DNA of 64,000 nucleotides from Clostridiaceae bacterium (lineage in GTDB: Bacteria > Bacillota > Clostridia > Saccharofermentanales > DTU023), in contig DUPV01000008.1 in assembly GCA_012838135.1 (NCBI GenBank), forward strand, positions 276 through 64,275, given 5' to 3'. The notes beneath the pieces were generated by a model. It searched no databases, was not told the DNA's origin, and saw only the letters and a list, made by a program, of their open reading frames with translations. Position 1 is the first letter of the stretch; the number at the start of each line of letters is the position of its first letter. The position numbers and the translations under genes are program-made. Positions 60,314 through 64,000 of the stretch are shown here, one piece after another.

Positions 60314-61582
60314 TCACTTTGTGAGGTTTTCCAACTCGACACCATGAGTATGAGCAATCGGATGCCAGTTTATATCTTCGAAAAACATGGCTACCATCTG
60401 CAAGCCTGCCCAGATAACACCCAGAATCGGATAAGCCAGAATTCCTTTTAAATATAGCTTCAAGGTTTTTTTCTCTAATTTGACCAGGAGTATTAAACTA
60501 AGAACGGTAAAAATATAAGCGACAGCCGGAATAATTAAGTCATGTGTAAACCAGGCAGGATTATCCAAATAAAGAGGTAGCTGAATTAACATTTTTACTA
60601 CTGATAATAATCCAGCAATAAAAAAGAAAGGAATTTGAGCTAAAAACCAAAAAGTATCGAAAGCTTTGTGATTAAAATGTATAGCATATTTGAACAATTT
60701 TCCGGTCATCAAACGCATTGTTTGCACCGAACCCATACCCCAACGAAAACGTTGCTGGATCATCGGTTTGAATTTGCTGGTAGGTTCATCATAGAAGATA
60801 GCTTCTTTGACATAAACCGGATTCTGATCTTTTAAGATCATTTGCATCGTAAATTCAACATCTTCAGTTAAAGTTTGAGTATCCCAACCGGTATTCTTGA
60901 TTAATTTTAAATCGAAACTGAAACCGGTGCCGCTGACGGAAGCTAAAGGTATGCCGAGATTATTACGGGCTTGATGCAGATAACGTGATCGATTCAAGTA
61001 AAACAAAGCATTAGCCGAAGCGATTGTGCTTTTTTCAGGACTTTTGCAGTCCATGTAACCCGCTAAAAAAGTTTTCCCCGTCTGAATATGGCGATCCATC
61101 ATTTTGAGAAAATTCGGATCAACTAAATTATCCGCATCAAAAATTACACAATGATCGTATTGTTTGAGCAGTTGATTCAAATTATAAGAAAAAAACCAGT
61201 TCAAAGCATAGCCTTTGGTAGCTCGTGTTTTATCATTTCTTACATAGACTTTTGCTCCCTCAGCTTTAGCAACTGCTGCCGTTTGATCAGAACAGTTATC
61301 GGCAATGACAAAAATATCAAATAATTTTTTAGGATAATCCATTGCTTTTAGACTTCGGATTAAATACGGAATGACGATTTCTTCATTGCGAGCAGAAATT
61401 AATATTGCAAATCTGGTTTTCGGCTCAACTGCGGTTTGTGAAATTAAATCAGATTTTTTATTTTTAGGAATACCACAGATCATGAGAAAAATATTATAAC
61501 CAATTGTAATTATTACCAGCCAAAAGGCTATGTTACAAAGCAGTACAATCAAATTTGTTAATGTTGCCAAAGAGTCGTTCAT
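60314..61582 (-). CDS. Membrane GT2 glycosyltransferase, processive type (D,D,D,QxxRW)
   Basis: N-terminal TM; ARNEE, ADNCSD, KGYALN, FDADN, LTEDVE and QRFRW; C-terminal TMs. Confidence 0.9.
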   Translation of the reverse strand: MNDSLATLTNLIVLLCNIAFWLVIITIGYNIFLMICGIPKNKKSDLISQTAVEPKTRFAILISARNEEIVIPYLIRSLKAMDYPKKLFDIFVIADNCSDQTAAVAKAEGAKVYVRNDKTRATKGYALNWFFSYNLNQLLKQYDHCVIFDADNLVDPNFLKMMDRHIQTGKTFLAGYMDCKSPEKSTIASANALFYLNRSRYLHQARNNLGIPLASVSGTGFSFDLKLIKNTGWDTQTLTEDVEFTMQMILKDQNPVYVKEAIFYDEPTSKFKPMIQQRFRWGMGSVQTMRLMTGKLFKYAIHFNHKAFDTFWFLAQIPFFFIAGLLSVVKMLIQLPLYLDNPAWFTHDLIIPAVAYIFTVLSLILLVKLEKKTLKLYLKGILAYPILGVIWAGLQMVAMFFEDINWHPIAHTHGVELENLTK

Positions 61583-62101
61583 ATATCCTCAGATAATTCT
61601 ATTAAAAATCACGTCAATAATCTTATCATAAAAAGCTTCAGTGTAAATAAAATTTTGATTAAGCTAAGAAAAAATTAATAAATAGCCAGTAAATTGTTTG
61701 AAAAATTGAAAAATTGTAGAGGTTATAGAGGAATATTATAAATCACTTGAAAATATTTACTCTTCATATTAAGTCAGGAAAGCACTTGTTCATGCGTACT
61801 GTTAAAAATTCAAAAGAGGAAGGATCGTAGTCTGTGAATTGCAAACTCAGACTAATGCCTTCGAACATGTAATTCATTAACGGCAATTTTGCCAAGTTTT
61901 TAAAGAATTTTTCCAGTAAACACATTTTTAAGTGATTTCATTGTCTGAATAATGATGTTAAAAGTTGTTTTATTCTACTTTGTGTTTTTTTATTTTTTAT
62001 TTCTGCAAATTTACATAGTTAAATAATTATTTGATTTGACTTTAAGTAAAAATAAGGTTAAAAATTATTACAATACATAAGGAACATGGAGAGAGAAAAT
62101 T

Positions 62102-63289
62102 ATGTCCAATGACGATAATAATTTATTAAAAAATCAATTGGAGAACTCCAATAAACAAAAAAAGAATGAGGAAAATCAAAGAGCTGAACCTGAACAGAGC
62201 AGATTCAAGGCATTTCTCAAGAAGCAGAATATCGAAATTTCTTTCAAAAGATATGCGATAGATGCGATGGGAGCAATGGCTCTCGGTTTATTTGCTTCAC
62301 TTTTAATCGGTACAATTGTCAATACAATTGCCGGTTTAGTCGGAGTTGAAACCACTGTCGGTTCAATTTTATCTCAAATGGGCAGTTTTGCCGCAAGATC
62401 AACAGGACCTGCAATGGCAATCGCAGTCGGTTATTCCTTGAAGGCACCACCTTTAGTATTGTTTACTCTTACCGGGGTCGGCTTGGCTGCAAATGAATTG
62501 GCTGGTGCCGGCGGTCCTTTGGCAGTTTTTATTATTGCTTTATTTGCCGCGGAAATCGGTAAACTTGTTTCGAAAACAACGCCGGTAGATATCCTGGTAA
62601 CTCCATTGGTTACCTTAACTGTGGGTGTAGGACTTAGTTTATGGTGGGCTCCGGGTATCGGTGCCGCTGCAAATAGTATAGGAGCTGCCATCATTTGGGC
62701 AACTGATATCCAACCGTTTTTTATGGGTATAATTGTTTCTGTGGTAATGGGAATTGTCTTAACCTTGCCGATCAGTTCAGCTGCAATTGCCGCAGCTTTC
62801 GGTTTAGTAGGTTTAGCGGGTGGAGCAGCCCATGCCGGTTGTTGTGCACAAATGGTCGGTTTTGCGGTGATGTCCTATAAGGAAAACAAAATCGGCGGAT
62901 TAATTGCTCAAGGACTTGGTACATCAATGCTGCAAATGCCGAATATTATGCGCAATCCGAAGATCTGGCTGCCGCCGATTCTGACTTCGGCAATTACCGG
63001 TCCGATGGCGACGGTACTTTTTAAAATTGAGATGAATGGTGCTCCGATATCATCCGGTATGGGTACCTCCGGTCTGGTCGGTCCGATCGGCGTAATAACC
63101 GGTTGGCTCAATCCTTCAGAGGCTGCTTTGAATCATGGTGCAACGGCTATTAATGCCGGATTAACAGACTATGTGAATTTATTATTAATCAGCATTATTT
63201 TACCTGCAATATTAACTTATTTAATCGCGATTCCTTTCCGTAAGCTGAATTGGATTAAAGAAAATGATTTAAAATTGAATCTTGGCTAA
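62102..63289 (+). CDS. PTS EIIC-type multi-TM membrane protein (stand-alone)
   Basis: Hydrophobic Gly/Ala-rich protein with motifs MALGLFASL, LPISSAAI, QGLGTSMLQ and SSGMGTSGLVGP. Confidence 0.82.
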   Translation: MSNDDNNLLKNQLENSNKQKKNEENQRAEPEQSRFKAFLKKQNIEISFKRYAIDAMGAMALGLFASLLIGTIVNTIAGLVGVETTVGSILSQMGSFAARSTGPAMAIAVGYSLKAPPLVLFTLTGVGLAANELAGAGGPLAVFIIALFAAEIGKLVSKTTPVDILVTPLVTLTVGVGLSLWWAPGIGAAANSIGAAIIWATDIQPFFMGIIVSVVMGIVLTLPISSAAIAAAFGLVGLAGGAAHAGCCAQMVGFAVMSYKENKIGGLIAQGLGTSMLQMPNIMRNPKIWLPPILTSAITGPMATVLFKIEMNGAPISSGMGTSGLVGPIGVITGWLNPSEAALNHGATAINAGLTDYVNLLLISIILPAILTYLIAIPFRKLNWIKENDLKLNLG

Positions 63290-63412
63290 CAATTTCAAAA
63301 GATAAGAAATTTTCTTAAAAAATCTTATTTTAGATACACAAAATTTAAGTTTATCCTGTTAAAAAGCAGTATAACCTTAAAAAGTGTGTAATCCAATAGA
63401 AAAATGATTGGA

Positions 63413-64000
63413 TTACTTAGCAATTAACATTTCATTAATTTTTTTGTAAAGGATTTCGGAGATTAATTTATGTCCTTCATCGTTCGGGTGAATTCCATCT
63501 TCACAGATATATCTTTCAGGATTGATTTCTTCTAAGAACTTTTGTCTGACATCAAAATATTGAGCACCTGTTTCAATTGCCAATTCGGTCAATACCGAAT
63601 TATAACTTTCATGCCATTGATAGATTCTTCTGGTTGAACCGCCTAAAAAAGTTAAGAGGTTCTCTTTGTTTAAACCCTTGCTGAAATAGTTGAAATATCG
63701 ATCCGGATCAAGTGGCGGTAAATTAATAATTATCGGAACTATGCTTTTTTCTTGTAAACTGTTAATCAATTCTTTATACAGTTTAAAATATGAATCTAAA
63801 TCAACATTAGGTTGGTGGTTAAAGCCCGGTTTTTGTGCAACATCTGCCCAGAAATAGTCACAATCATTTCCGCCGAATCCTAAAAAAGCAATTCCGGGTT
63901 CAATGATTTCTTCTTTTTTTCGTTGAAATATAGTTAAGCCTTTTTTTATAGTAGCACCGAAAGACGCAAAATTTTTAACCTGAGCTTTGAATTTATCGGA
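63413..64000 (-). CDS. SGNH/GDSL hydrolase (5' end outside the window)
   Basis: The frame stays open to the window edge: ...FASFGAT...GFGGNDCDY (block III)...CEDGIHPNDEGH (block V). Confidence 0.88.
   Translation of the reverse strand, partial: SDKFKAQVKNFASFGATIKKGLTIFQRKKEEIIEPGIAFLGFGGNDCDYFWADVAQKPGFNHQPNVDLDSYFKLYKELINSLQEKSIVPIIINLPPLDPDRYFNYFSKGLNKENLLTFLGGSTRRIYQWHESYNSVLTELAIETGAQYFDVRQKFLEEINPERYICEDGIHPNDEGHKLISEILYKKINEMLIAK

Noticed and set aside
61760-61900. Possible c-di-GMP riboswitch upstream of the GT2 (GGCAAA on the minus strand, GCACTTG on the plus strand)
   Set aside because: The other conserved elements (GAAA tetraloop and ACGCAAA for class I; GTGAAG and TAGTGCAACC for class II) are missing.
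184-63111. Numerous 60-165 aa ORFs in the track that are antisense to or overlap recognised genes (e.g. 532-936, 28435-28920, 35076-35558, 51320-51820)
   Set aside because: They are shadow frames of well-supported genes with no recognisable motifs or independent RBS.
1-64000. CRISPR arrays, IS elements, prophage, toxin-antitoxin or restriction/defence genes, rRNA
   Set aside because: None seen. All long ORFs are accounted for, and no regularly spaced repeats were found by eye.

Overview
AT-rich window from a Bacillota genome, most likely a Clostridia member (inferred from gene order and ribosomal protein sequence types). It is almost entirely core genome. The minus-strand block at 1-11.2 kb holds feoAB and a shikimate/Phe/Tyr biosynthesis cluster (aminotransferase, pheA, aroB, aroC, aroQ, aroA, tyrA, DAHP synthase) that lacks aroE and aroK. 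A small accessory patch at 11.4-14.7 kb holds bcp, a gene remnant, a zinc-ribbon membrane protein, an isochorismatase-family hydrolase, an unannotated 38-aa peptide that is essentially a bare sortase-type sorting signal, and a DtxR/MntR regulator. Next come hisS-aspS-lepB-lepA, a FemABX peptidyltransferase, tRNA-Leu(TAG), a Crp/Fnr regulator, fhs, cdaR-ftsEX-M23-S41-hslO-trpS and a complete S10-spc-alpha ribosomal cluster. The window ends with a fused ecfA1A2 plus ecfT, glucokinase, truA, pncB, an ABC-permease remnant, DJ-1, a CDF transporter, proBA, a processive-type GT2, an orphan PTS EIIC and a partial SGNH hydrolase. I found no integrase, transposase, prophage, CRISPR array, rRNA or defence system. 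The best leads are: (1) the minimal CxxC/LPxTG-like micropeptide; (2) an 82-bp TA-bounded palindromic repeat in two copies with compensatory substitutions; (3) a DtxR/MntR-type operator pair on the feoAB promoter; (4) a twin palindromic operator upstream of the aromatic operon; (5) several ribosomal protein extensions, some around the tunnel exit; (6) the EcfA1-EcfA2 fusion. All alignments and folds were done by eye, with no database searches.
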